Assembly: GCF_001194135.2 (NCBI RefSeq)
Contig: NC_068987.1
Span: 92,067,427-92,131,426 of the forward strand
Reading direction: 5' to 3'
Origin: Octopus bimaculoides
Lineage: Eukaryota
Length of the DNA: 64,000 bases
In this document: in pieces, positions 38,126-50,658 of the stretch
Layout of the letters: every line of letters starts with the position of its first letter
Position numbering within the stretch: position 1 is the stretch's first letter
Program-made: the position numbers and the translations under genes
The notes under the pieces: model-generated
Database searches by the model: none
What the model was told of the DNA's origin: nothing
The model's input: only the letters and a program-made list of their open reading frames with translations

Positions 38126-38183
<58 letters not shown>
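38097..38183. repeat. Compound (TTC)n(TAC)n microsatellite
   Basis: Direct reading. Confidence 0.95.
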
Positions 38184-38185
<2 letters not shown>

Positions 38186-39234
38186 TCAAATTGTGAAGTT
38201 AGTGAAACATTCTAAGGTCGTAACCTCCGAAAGGAAAATAACATTTGAAAGGATTTCGCTCGATGAAAAGAAGGAGATAATTTCCAGCACACATTTTGTG
38301 TGCGGTACATAGAAGATGGCACCGATGGCAGCTAGCGTTGACAGGAAGTTATGTGTCGATAAAGATTTACTGTTAAATTCCAAGCAACAGTCTCGATGCC
38401 ATCACCCTATCAGATATTGCCTCCACACTCCAACAATAAGTTTACTAATAAATTCCCACATAATCTCTCTCAAAAACCTCCCACCATCCTATTTAAAATA
38501 AGACACACCCTACTGATAAAATTGTAAGCTTTTCTGATATTTGACTGAATCTGATCTGTCAAGGCTGACTCCTGGTTATACAACTATCACAACTTACTGT
38601 TGACAATATCTACAAATTGGGGGATCTTTTAATATCTTCTTTATCGGTTATTCGAATATTTACTAAAATAGCATTCCACCTGATTAAATATTTCTTTGCA
38701 ATTTTCTCTTCTTTTTTGTAACGTATATCTTATGTAAAATAATAATATAGTTGTACCGTGAAAAATTGCGTTCATGGATTTTTTTTCTGTTTTCATAGAA
38801 TTATCAGTAATTCGAACTAGTATCAATTTGTCTGTTAGTCTGTATGTCACTGTCTACCTGTCTTTCTGCCTGTTTGTGTTTCTTTCTATCTATCTACCTA
38901 TCTGTGTGTCTGTATCTATGTATGTATGTGTCAATCTCCAGTTTATTTCAAGATTTCTTGCCGACAGAGAAAGAGCCGGTCTCTGACATAGATCTAAGAC
39001 TCCTTCACTGGAATTTCGACAACATCAACAGGGTATTTTTGTATGTATGTATGTATGTACCAGAGTAAGCACATAAATGTAGAACATGGTGAGAAAAAAT
39101 AGTGCTCGAATACCAGGGGAAGAGGATTATGCTTTATTGTCAAATCTGGAAAAGCATAAAAAAAATCACAAAAAACTGCTTCTCGGAGTTTCAGTATCCC
39201 GTTCGTCAGGCAGTTTTCATTGAGAATATGTATA

Positions 39235-39650
39235 TATGTATGCACGTATGTTTTATTTTGTATTTGGCTTCTCATTTATAAGTTTTATTTTACATTTGGC
39301 TTCTCGTGCATATACTTGCATATCTAGATATGCTCAAATATGCTTGAATGATAAACTTTTGGAAAGTGTTACAGATTTTTGCTGTTCCATTGATGTCTTG
39401 GATTTGTAGTCTTCGAATCAGCTTTCTCCTTTCTGATTTTGAGAAGCCTAATTTCTCAAGATTGGTATTTAGGCAGTATGTTCCAGATCCTAGTGTTCCA
39501 ATAATTCCAGGTATGAATCTGAACTTGTTGTCTGGTTAGAGTAATTGCAGATTTCTCAATACTCCAGCGTCGGTATTCTCTTTTTCCCTAAACTTCAGCC
39601 TTATGTTAATCCGCTGGGCAGCTGATTTGAACAACTACGGTACCATGATT
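39235..39650 (-). mobile_element. RLE LINE 3' fragment, family 2 (CRE/NeSL/R4-type endonuclease end)
   Basis: ISCPAD..INIRLKFREKENTDAGVLRNLQLL*PDNKFRFIPGIIGTLG...LEKLGFSKSERRKLIRRLQIQDINGTAKICNTFQKFII. Confidence 0.75.
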
Positions 39651-39659
39651 TCCACAGCC

Positions 39660-39935
39660 TACGGTACCATGCTATTCGTTCTTTTCAGCTATCTAATACA
39701 CTCCTGATTATTCTGGACGTGCCAGGAAGGCAAAACTTTTGTAACAGCTTGTCTGGGCACTCTACTCCAATTTCCTTCTGATACTGTTCTCAAGGACCCA
39801 ACAATAATTGGCACTATGGTCGCTTCTCAATTTTCCATAGCCGGGCTATTTCGTATTTAAGAGGGTAGAATCTGTCTGTCTTTTCGCCTTCTGTAGCCGA
39901 CGCCTTTTAATATTGGTCACTGATATACCTAATAA
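39660..39935 (-). mobile_element. RLE LINE 3' fragment, family 1
   Basis: EGEKTDRFYPLKYEIARLWK / IVPIIVGSL / LQKFCLPGTSRIIRSVLDS* with frameshifts; start of 3' UTR similar to 24285-24310. Confidence 0.75.
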
Positions 39936-40220
39936 TATACGTAATGATCAGAGTGAAATTTAAATTGAAACAGTTATAGTGCAAACCATCTTTAAAACAT
40001 TCTCATACATTATCTCTATTCCTTACAAACATTTCATTAAAATTCTGTTGTAATACGGTGAGCATTGTAGGTCACAATGCATTGGAGGTCACAATGCAAT
40101 TTTAATGTAAATGCAAGCTTCAATATTTTATACTTATTTTCACTACATAAATTATTATGAATTTTGTAATGCAGTTTGGATGATAATGAACCTACACTTA
40201 ATATAATTTTGGTTTTTATA

Positions 40221-40400
40221 TTTTGGTTTGAGGCCAGTTATTTCGGGAGAGAAATGTAAGTTAATTCAACTGGTTCTTATTTTATCGATCCCGAAATGCA
40301 AAATCAACCTCGGCAGAATTTGGTCTCAGAATATAGAGGAGGAGGAAATGCAGCTTAGCATTTATCCCGGCGTGTTAATGATTTTGCCAGCTCGCCGCCC
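40221..40400 (-). mobile_element. Family B SINE
   Basis: CTGGTTCTTATTTTATCGATCCCGAAA...CCTCGGCAGAATTTG...CCAGCTCGCCGCC. Confidence 0.8.
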
Positions 40401-41371
40401 TAATCCTTAATATAATATTGAAACAATACACGTTACAATTATTCTAGCTGAACAATTATTCTGTGCTGATGAAGGAAAATAACTCGGAAATCCCGATACA
40501 CAGATACTGTTTTGAGCTGAGTGGGGGTGCTAGATCCCCTTGATCGAAAATATAAGGACACAGATCGTGTCGTATAGCAAACTAGAGACGATGTCTCCTG
40601 TGGCTAAATTACAGCAACAGTCGTCCTAAACCAGGACTATGTTATGTTGGCAAATAATCTTTACTCCAATACACGTTAGCACTCCACATTTTGTTTCATA
40701 AAATCCATCCTAACCACAACAGAAAGGTTATGATATGCATTAACATCACACTATCAGGAACAAAAGTAACAATGAAACTCAGCAATAATTTCACATCGGT
40801 TTGTGTACGCTAGAGTTGATTTGTTCCTTAAGTGACGAAAATGACGCTAATGTTATCAATGCTTCCGATTACAACATTATAATCGTACCATCTAATTAAA
40901 AGGAAATGATAAAATAACAAAAGGTTGCTTTCGAAATGACCAAAAGTGGTATATTGAAAAATATGGTTAGATTGTCAATGAGAGAACAAATATTGTTAAT
41001 TCCCCCGACGCTTATATATCTTCAGACAGAAGCAGTGGGTATCATATCATTTGTTCAATTCAATTACAGAGTTTCGATAAATCAAACGATTCTAGTAATA
41101 TTTACTTCAATTAGTTTCTTATTGGTGTTACTGTTGTTTTCTTTTCCGTCTTCACCATAATAACAGCATTCTACATATTTTTATTCCTCTTCTATAATTT
41201 CACGCAGATATACTAACTCTAATATGTAGCCCAGATATACATAGCTTTTGTTGGTCTCTTCCCCTCTTTGTCCCTGTGTGTCTGTCTGTGTCTCCCTCTG
41301 TTTTTGTCTCTGTCTGTCTCAGTCTGTCTCAGTCTGTTTGTGTGTGTGTGTACACACACATATGTATATAC

Positions 41372-41543
41372 ATGACTGAGAAAAAGAAGAAAATGGAGAA
41401 ATTGACATGCAAACATCAGTTTATTGAAACATATTCAAATCCATATAATGAAATTTGAAATTTGAAATGTATGGATTTGAATATCTATGAATAAACCAAT
41501 GTCTGCATGTCAATTTCTTCATTTTCTTCTTTTTCTTATTCAT
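41372..41543. repeat. Fold-back palindrome (MITE-like)
   Basis: Arms of about 70 bp; the 38 bp from 41379 match the reverse complement ending at 41536 with 2 mismatches; short GAAATTT-repeat spacer. Confidence 0.75.
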
Positions 41544-41664
41544 AAATATTTTAAATACACATATATCAATGTGGAACTAATATATGTAGTTCTCACTGAA
41601 AACTGGTATAAACCAGAGAACTAGGATGCTAGCATCCCTTATAGGATTATAGATCCTTGACACA

Positions 41665-41697
<33 letters not shown>

Positions 41698-41700
<3 letters not shown>

Positions 41701-41815
41701 TCTACCAAATCCACTCACAAGGCTTTGACCTACCCGAGGCTAAAGTAGAAGACACCTGCCCAAGTTACCATGTGATGGTACTAATCCCGGGACCATGTGT
41801 TTGGGAAGGAAACTA
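41698..41815 (-). mobile_element. Family A SINE fragment
   Basis: GTCTACCAAATCCACTCACAAGGCTTTG...GAGGCTAAAGTAGAAGACACCTGCCCAAG. Confidence 0.8.
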
Positions 41816-43106
41816 TTTTCCGCACAGTCAATGTAAATAGTTTTCTCAAAAATTCCAAAGGCTATTCCTAGGTCCCTTTTCCAATCATCTCCACCAATTA
41901 AAGACACCCGCTTACATGGAAATAAATGACAAATTTGGGCTCTTTTTGCCGTAACCTCGTTTCTTATTATCACAATATGTACACATGCTTTGCTGTTTCA
42001 GAGACTATGTCTCCTCCAGCGTAGATTGCCTACTTGTGTGTGTCCATATATGTACGTGTAGAGGTGGTGAGGTGCATAGAATCCTCTTTGTATTATAAAA
42101 CTCTGTTGAGGATAGTTAATGGTTTTTCTTACAAAATTTCTGTCGTTAATTATCACAACCATCATTCTTATCATTTTCTCTTCTTCACTGTCTTCAACTT
42201 CCCCCTCCTCCCCTTCCGCCTCCCCTTCTCTTCCTTTCCGTCTTCCTCCTACACAATTTTCTTTCGAAATATCTAGTTTCAGTTTGTATATATATAAATA
42301 CAAATACATATATCTCACGTGTTTTAATACGTATGTGTGCGTGTCCACCAAAGTTTCCTCACATTAAATTCCTATAATCTACATCATCTGAAAGGTATTC
42401 ACAGAAAATCTAATTTAAAAATACCCAATTTTCTGTAATTTATGAAGAAACAAAGCCAACTCTTGTGAATTTTCCGAAACTGCTCTCCCTACTTCTGCAA
42501 AAGATTTTACATAGTAATTTCCGATTTAATCAGAATCTACACCATGTGAAGCGTTTTTGTAGAAGATTTCATTGAAAAGTAACCATTTTTTTTCTGGAAG
42601 TTATGAAGAAACAAATTCAAGGCTCCTCATTTATGTACGCATGCCATCTGAGATACAATTAAACAACAACAGAATGATCTTTATCACAGTTACAATCATC
42701 ATCATTCTCACGAACTTTATAAGCTTCGTCCTCATTCTGCGCATTCTTATAATCGTCAACATAATCAACATTATCATCGTCATAAACAAATACGATTTTT
42801 CAAATTCACTTCGTTATAATTCGTGTGAAAATCGTTATCATCCTCTTCAACATTTTGTTTTCTTCACTCATGACAAAGACATCATCATCAATGAAGTCTT
42901 CGCTACCATAATTTTGTCATGCCCAAAGCCATAGCTAAATGATAAGAAGCCATTTTTTGGTAAATCTAAGATGGATGTGAATAAAAATGGCAACATAGAA
43001 TTTTAGGCGTTGAAAATTGTCTTATTTGGTATTGAACGTGTTTCGCTAACCACTATGCAAGCATTTCAGCTTTTGTGTATACTCCTCTGGTTGATGTCAT
43101 CGCCTT

Positions 43107-43127
43107 TTGTTGTTGTTGGTCTTGTTC

Positions 43128-43161
<34 letters not shown>

Positions 43162-43303
43162 CTTCTTCTTCTTCTTCTTCTTCTTCTTCTTCTTCTTCTT
43201 CTTCTTCTTCTTCTTCTTCTTCTTCTTCTTCGTGTTCTTCTTCGTGTTCTTCTTCGTGTTCTTGTTCTTGTTCTTGTTCTTGTTCTTGTTCTTCTTCTTG
43301 TTT

Positions 43304-43338
<35 letters not shown>

Positions 43339-43406
43339 CTTCTTCTTCTTCTTCTTCTTCTTCTTCTTCTTCTTCTTCTTCTTCTTCTTCTTCTTCTTCT
43401 TCTTCT
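43107..43406. repeat. Compound (TTG)n(TTC)n microsatellite with higher-order structure
   Basis: (TTG)n(TTC)n, GTGTTCTTCTTC-type units x3, (TTGTTC)n, then (TTG)n(TTC)n again. Confidence 0.95.
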
Positions 43407-43516
43407 TTGTGTTTGTCTCTTTTTCCTTTCTATTACCACCACCATTAATATCATCATTATTAACCAATTCCATTTTTGTAGATTAATTCTGTATTTTTTT
43501 TACTTTTGTTTTCCTT

Positions 43517-43551
<35 letters not shown>

Positions 43552-44572
43552 ATTTTACATTGGAAAACGAACATCTACACCCATAAACAGTCTCCCATAC
43601 ACACACACATGTGCACTCCCCTGCACAGACAAATACTCACGCATACACGCACACAAATACACAGACACGCACATACACAAAACACGCACAAACACAAACA
43701 ATACAGAAATGTCTGACATATATCGAAAAAAATGGAAACAAAACAATAAATGCTTTTATTCCATTATACCATTATATTCTGTCATTGTTGGAAAGTCACC
43801 AAATTTCACCTCATTGTGAACTGTACGTAACTTTAAAAAGTTAAACACGATTTTCTTCCCAATTCTTTCAGTGCTCGCTTTTGTTTTCTTCTTTAAGGGT
43901 TTGCATTAATGGCTGCACACTATATAGTTTTATAATATGTATATGTATGTGTATCAACATATATATATACATATACATACTATACACACAGACACACAGA
44001 CACACACATATATATATATATATATANNNNNNNNNNNNNNNNNNNNNNNNNNNNNNNNNNNNNNNNNNNNNNNNNNNNNNNNNNNNNNNNNNNNNNNNNN
44101 NNNNNNNNNNNNNNNNNNNNNNNNNNNNNNNNNNNNNNNNNNNNNNNNNNNNNNNNNNNNNNNNNNNNNNNNNNNNNNNNNNNNNNNNNNNNNNNNNNNN
44201 NNNNNNNNNNNNNNNNNNNNNNNNNNNNNNNNNNNNNNNNNNNNNNNNNNNNNNNNNNNNNNNNNNNNNNNNNNNNNNNNNNNNNNNNNNNNNNNNNNNN
44301 NNNNNNNNNNNNNNNNNNNNNNNNNNNNNNNNNNNNNNNNNNNNNNNNNNNNNNNNNNNNNNNNNNNNNNNNNNNNNNNNNNNNNNNNNNNNNNNNNNNN
44401 NNNNNNNNNNNNNNNNNNNNNNNNNNNNNNNNNNNNNNNNNNNNNNNNNNNNNNNNNNNNNNGTTATGAAGAGGTGATGCTGATGATGATAATAACGATG
44501 GTTATAATGATGATGGTGACGACGACGACGACAAAGATGGTGATGACGATGTCGATGATGATGATGTTGACG

Positions 44573-44619
<47 letters not shown>

Positions 44620-44654
44620 CGAAAGAGCGTTGCAACTCAAAATAACATTGGGTT

Positions 44655-44822
44655 TCATATTTTGGCACAAGGCCAGCAATGTCGGTGAAGTAGGCTTAGT
44701 CAATTACATCAACCCTATTGCTCAGTTAGACATTTTCATACCAAACCTCGGCGGAATTTGAAGTTAGAATGTAAACCCGAACGAAATGCCGTTAGGCATT
44801 TTGTCCGGCACGGTAACGCTTC
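44655..44822 (-). mobile_element. Family B SINE, internally deleted
   Basis: TTTGGCACAAGGCCAGCAAT...CCTCGGCGGAATTTGAA...CATTTTGTCCGGCACGGTAAC. Confidence 0.7.
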
Positions 44823-46538
44823 TAAAAATAATAAACATAACTACTATAATGTCGATAGTTTTGTTGTTAATCCTTCATCGGAGACACTTTTTCTTTCGTT
44901 AGCAGTATTCATGCATGGCTACATATTTGAGACTTTTTTAACAATCAAACTTGCGCTTTTTGTTATGTATTCTCTACATATGCTCCAATTTAAAATCATC
45001 ATCATCATCATCATCATCATAGCAGTAGCAGCAATGCCATAATATTCACTATCACCGTCATCGACTTCAATTTAGCGGTCATTCTTATTTTCCATTGTGT
45101 TATTCAATTTAATTTATTTTTATATTATGATTGCTAAGTTTTGCTATTATTCATGGTTGAGTCCGTTTGTAAACGAAGGGGTCGTGTCGCTTCTCAGCTG
45201 AATTCACCCGAACGTAAGCTCCTCCAGGCATTGTGCCAAGGCGCAGTATTATTAGCACACATACATATGCAGGCATATGAACAAATGAACAAAAACGAAC
45301 ACACTTATACATNNNNNNNNNNGTGTGTGTGTGTGTGTGTGTGTGTGTATACTTATGCACACATATATGTATATATATACATTAATATAAATATGTATGC
45401 GTGTGTGTGTGTATGAGTGTGTGCGTGCGTATGCAATGACGAGTGTACACAAAGCACATTGAATTTTTACAGATACATATTCTACAGTCTGTCTACGACA
45501 CAGACACACACATACACAGATAAACATGCGGCCTCTTACATATACCCCCTACCCCAAACTAGATGATGCTTCTTATTAGCGGAGGTGGGGGGGGAATTCA
45601 CATTTTAATACTTCAGCCAATTGTCGCATGAGGCTGACCTAAAGGTCGGTTTTTCACTGGAGCGTGAAAGAGTAAACAAAAGCCTGCGCTTGCGACCAGA
45701 TTAATTTGGTTAAATCCCATCTGACCGCAAAACACACACTATCAACGTGCCTGTTCGTTAATATACGATGTCATTAGACAAGCGTCTATAATGGCGGCTG
45801 AGTTGAAGGTCGTGTGTGGAGCGGGTGGGATTATTTTTCCTTTTCCTTTTCTTTTTCTCGGGAAGGGGTTTGAGATGTCACTGCTAGAGTTTGTAAGCCA
45901 TCACAATTACAATTAACTGAATGTGGCTGACTCCCAACACCATACAAACACATATATAGGAACACATGGACACAATTAGACAGTCATACATGCATGTAAG
46001 CACGCTCACACACGTTGACGCACAGAGACACAAGTTTACCTTTCTTTGCTTATTCTGGGTCTTTTATTATCTATTTTGATTTTATTTTCTTATGATTTTT
46101 TCAATAGCATTTTTTTCTTTTCTTTTATTGGGAGAACGCACAAAGTTTTCACGTTGGATGGATCAACTGCCGACCTCATTACCGAATCTTAATGCTGTGT
46201 TTCCATGCACCAGTGATTTAAGGGTATTTTTTTTTCACCGCCTTAACTAAGACATGGCTAAGGGTTACAAAGCCAGACGTTATGATGTGACCCAAATCTT
46301 CATCTGAATTGTCCTTAAATTCATTTTCTGAGAAATTGATTATCATCAGATAAGCTCATTATCTTATGGGAACGGAATGCTTGCTGAAAATTGGCAAAGG
46401 TTGTCCCAGATGAAGAAAGGGTGTGAATACGCATGCAAACAAAACTCACAGGCATACGCAGAAAGAGCGTTGCACACCCAGATATGCATATATACACATA
46501 CCCAGTTATAGGCATATACATAAATACACACACACGCG

Positions 46539-46570
<32 letters not shown>

Positions 46571-47624
46571 CACACAAATACATTTATTGTCGTTGGACTC
46601 ATTAGACAGAAAACAGTCGACACTTATTTAGAAACGTGTTCAAAATCGTATTATTCAAGGAGACTCGCGCGCAGAGAATCACACCGAAGTACACATTAGG
46701 GATGGTGAAGCCGTCAGTGTATATGCATATGTATATGTATACACNNNNNNNNNNNNNNNNNNNNNNNNNNNNNNNNNNNNNNNNNNNNNNNNNNNNNNNN
46801 NNNNNNNNNNNNNNNNNNNNNNNNNNNNNNNNNNNNNNNNNNNNNNNNNNNNNNNNNNNNNNNNNNNNNNNNNNNNNNNNNNNNNNNNNNNNNNNNNNNN
46901 NNNNNNNNNNNNNNNNNNNNNNNNNNNNNNNNNNNNNNNNNNNNNNNNNNNNNNNNNNNNNNNNNNNNNNNNNNNNNNNNNNNNNNNNNNNNNNNNNNNN
47001 NNNNNNNNNNNNNNNNNNNNNNNNNNNNNNNNNNNNNNNNNNNNNNNNNNNNNNNNNNNNNNNNNNNNNNNNNNNNNNNNNNNNNNNNNNNNNNNNNNNN
47101 NNNNNNNNNNNNNNNNNNNNNNNNNNNNNNNNNNNNNNNNNNNNNNNNNNNNNNNNNNNNNNNNNNNNNNNNNNNNNNNNNNNNNNNNNNNNNNNNNNNN
47201 NNNNNNNNNNNNNNNNNNNNNNNNNNNNNNNNNNNNNNNNNNNNNNNNNNNNNNNNNNNNNNNNNNNNNNNNNNNNNNNNNNNNNNNNNNNNNNNNNNNN
47301 NNNNNNNNNNNNNNNNNNNNNNNNNNNNNNNNNNNNNNNNNNNNNNNNNNNNNNNNNNNNNNNNNNNNNNNNNNNNNNNNNNNNNNNNNNNNNNNNNNNN
47401 NNNNNNNNNNNNNNNNNNNNNNNNNNNNNNNNNNNNNNNNNNNNNNNNNNNNNNNNNNNNNNNNNNNNNNNNNNNNNNNNNNNNNNNNNNNNNNNNNNNN
47501 NNNNNNNNNNNNNNNNNNNNNNNNNNNNNNNNNNNNNNNNNNNNNNNNNNNNNNNNNNNNNNNNNNNNNNNNNNNNNNNNNNNNNNNNNNNNNNNNTATA
47601 TATATATATATATATATATGGGAG

Positions 47625-47780
47625 AATATACAAATAATAGCAACAGACGAGGACAGGTGGTGTAAATAACAAAAGTATATATTAGTATGACGCTCGGGAA
47701 TACGGAAAGTCTTTGACGTTTCGAGCTACGCTCTTCAACAGAAAGAATACGGAGACACGGAGAAAAACACGGAGAAAAAA
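47625..47780 (-). mobile_element. Family F Penelope-like terminal-repeat fragment
   Basis: Homologous to 395-530; contains the hammerhead-like motif. Confidence 0.6.
47711..47745 (-). ncRNA. Minimal type I hammerhead-like motif, variant core, GUC cleavage triplet (family F)
   Basis: Reverse complement CTTT-CTGTTGA-A-GAGC-gta-GCTC-GAAACGTC-AAAG. Confidence 0.55.
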
Positions 47781-48144
47781 ATTGAATAGTGTTCAGTCAA
47801 CGGTCAATCATATATAGGTATATATATATAGATATATATATCTATATATGTATACGTGTATAAGGGATGACCACTAGGTGGACATCCAATATGCTAGAAA
47901 GAGGTCATTAACGACCCAACCTCAAAGAAAAATAATGTTCTCCAGAAAAATTTCGCAAAACGCCAGAACAGGACAAAATGAGAAATATACAGAATAAAGA
48001 GTTATCTATGGACTGCAAAAGAGGGTGACAGGGCAACCCTTACAATGGATTCAACTGATAGCCGGATCCGTTCTACGCGCGACAGTAATAAAACTTAGTT
48101 ACCAACCCAATAATTATGTAATCCTTTCTGTTATGTAAACATGA

Positions 48145-48298
48145 AATTTCAAGGAAGGGGTCTACTGGATTACATCGACTCAAACGCGCAAATTGTGCTT
48201 GTTTCATCCAACTCGAATCTGAACACTGAACGTTAAGACGAATGAAGTGCCGCTAATCATTTTGTCCGGCGTGCTAACGTTTCTGTCAGCACACTGCT
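48145..48298 (-). mobile_element. Degenerate family B SINE
   Basis: GATTACATCGAC...CATTTTGTCCGGCGTGCTAACGTTTCTGTCAGC. Confidence 0.65.
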
Positions 48299-48429
48299 GT
48301 GAGTATAAAAATCAATAAATATAAAAATCATATATGAATACTTTTAGAAAAAAAAAAGATTAAGTACTTTCCAAATAAGGAAATTTGATAGGAAAACATG
48401 TAGACAGAAATACATATAACTTAACCTTG

Positions 48430-48625
48430 CTAGGGATGCGTTTTGGGGAATCAGAATTGGTTTTTAGAGTTGGTTGTGGGATTGTTGAAAGAGAAGAAGG
48501 CTCTACAGCGCATTTGTCGGATTAGTTCGCTGGTACTGTGAATCACGAGTTTCATATATTCAATTTTGTTGGTTAGAGGGATATCCTTTACCGACAAGTT
48601 TCGTTTTATTTCTATCATTCCCATG
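48430..48625 (-). pseudogene. Penelope-like element ORF, N-terminal fragment
   Basis: RNLSVKDIPLTNKIEYMKLVIHSTSELIRQMRCRAFFSFN resembles the SLKNIP...LI..TE.FIKRMRWKAFF N-terminus of PLE ORFs. Confidence 0.6.
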
Positions 48626-48830
48626 TTTTCCACACAGTTAGCGTTCATGAACATAGGAACGAGTATTGATACGTAAAGGTAAGACCCAAGGATGAAGGTG
48701 TAGGTATTTAGTGAGCTTCAAGCAATATGTAGACATTAAAAGCAACATTTTTTAATAACTTCTACGGATTGCTTGAACCTCACAAACTTCCTACACCTTG
48801 ATCCTTGGATCTTACATTTGCATATTTCTA

Positions 48831-48871
<41 letters not shown>

Positions 48872-48909
48872 NNNNNNNNNNNNNNNNNNNNNNNNNNNNN
48901 NNNNNNNNN

Positions 48910-48952
<43 letters not shown>

Positions 48953-49336
48953 TCTTTTACTTGTTTCAGTCATTTGACTGCGGCCATGCTGGAGCAGCGC
49001 CTTTAGTCGAGCAAATCGACCCCGGGACTTATTCTTAGTAAGCCTAGTACTTATTCTATCGGTCACTTTTTGCCGAACCGCTAAGTGACGGGGACATAAA
49101 CACACCAGCATCGGTTGTCAAGCAATGTTAGTGGGACAAACACAGACACACACACATATATACATACATATATACGACAGGCTTCTTTCAGTTTCCGTCT
49201 ACCAAATTCACCCATAAGGCTTTGGTCGGCCCGAGGCTATAGTAGAAGACACTTGCCCAAGATGTCACGCAGTGGGACTGAACCCAGAACCATGTGGTTG
49301 GTAAGCAAGCTACTTACCACACAGCCACTCCTGCGC
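48953..49336 (-). mobile_element. Full-length family A tRNA-derived SINE
   Basis: Head GCGCAGGAGTGGCTGTGTGGTAAGTAGCTTGC...GGGTTCAGTCCC, CORE-like CTTGGGCAAGTGTCTT, internal (TG)n, tail GACTGAAACAAGTAAAAGA. Confidence 0.92.
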
Positions 49337-49411
49337 ACTGCAGTTAAGCAATAGATATTCATCGCAAATATATACAGTGGTGTAACCACAGAGATCTTTC
49401 CTCCAGCTCTC

Positions 49412-49453
<42 letters not shown>

Positions 49454-50276
49454 GAATACACTATAGAACAATTTAAAAAATTCATTTAGCGGCACCCTGG
49501 AGGTTTGTTGATGATGATGCTGATGCAGATGATATCCAAGTGGCTGAAGATGCAGAGATGATTGATGATAGTGTGTTCACGCAGGCACAAGAATTGGTTC
49601 AATGAAAATAACAAGAAATTGCTAAATCATAATGCAGGAAACGCTTGAAGAGAGAGAAATTATTGAAGGTCCATGAATCAACTATTTTGAGAGAAATGCC
49701 AGCAATGAAAAACGCATTGTTACTGATAATATCCACAGATATTCACATGGCTTATGACCAAAAATCTCCAAAACAATGTAAAGATATTTAGTCCTCGCCA
49801 ATCAATTACTTCGCCTCTCCTTTCCAATAAATGCGATTAATTTATTCAGTGATTCTGAAGATCTTCTAAAGGGCTGGATAAAACTTTTCACAGATCTTTT
49901 TATATTTTTTTATTTTTGTTAGTATGTCTACAATAGTTGAGAACGTTATTAAGGACCAACTGCAGCAACATGTTATTGAAGAAATGGATAATAATGCTAT
50001 TATAAATAATAGATCCCCTCAAGGGTAAACACCAAACACTGATGTCATAGTAGCCGAGATTATTAAGCATGCTAGAGATGTTATGGCAGATATACCGCTA
50101 AGGGGTTTTTTTTTTTACCCGGCAAGCGAACGATTCTGACAGTTCCGCGGCTCAGCTTAAACTAAAGATTGAAACAAAGTGATTTAGAAAAATCTGTTAA
50201 ATACATGTATGGTCTCTGCAACTGGCCTCTGCTGGAAGTACAACACCTAACAGTAATCTAGGTAATCCGCACCAGT

Positions 50277-50658
50277 TGCTGGCACTCCGTCGCTTACGAC
50301 GTTGAGGGTTCCAGTTGATCCGATCAACGGAACAGCCTGCTCGTGAAATTAACGTGTAAGTGGCTGAGCACTCCACTGACACGTGTACCCTTAACGTAGT
50401 TCTCGGGTATATTCAGCGTGACACAATGTGACAAGGCTGACCCTTTGAATTACAAGCACAACAGAAACAGGAAGTAAGAGTGAGAGAAAGTTGTGGTGAA
50501 AGAGTACAGCAGGGTTCGCCACCATCCCCTGCCAGAGCCTCGTGGAGTTTTAGGTGTTTTCGCTCAATAAACACTCACAACGCCCGGTGTGGGAATCGAA
50601 ACTGCGATCCTATGTCCGTGAGTCCGCTGCCATAACTACCGGGCCATTGCGCCTCCAC
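50277..50658 (-). mobile_element. Full-length family C SINE with 13-bp TSD
   Basis: Closely similar to 12296-12664; TSD AATCCGCACCAGT at 50264-50276 and 50659-50671. Confidence 0.93.

Noticed and set aside
38185-38620. Possible RT remnant (GT*KMAP, or a CR1 linker-like frame)
   Set aside because: Two incompatible weak readings; neither is supportable.
40455-40495. CTGATGAAGG...GGAAA as another hammerhead
   Set aside because: No convincing stem II or stem I and no ACGT-H site.
49500-49990. Acidic degenerate ORF and an EKFYP segment resembling PLE RT
   Set aside because: Multiple stops and too few conserved residues for an assignment.
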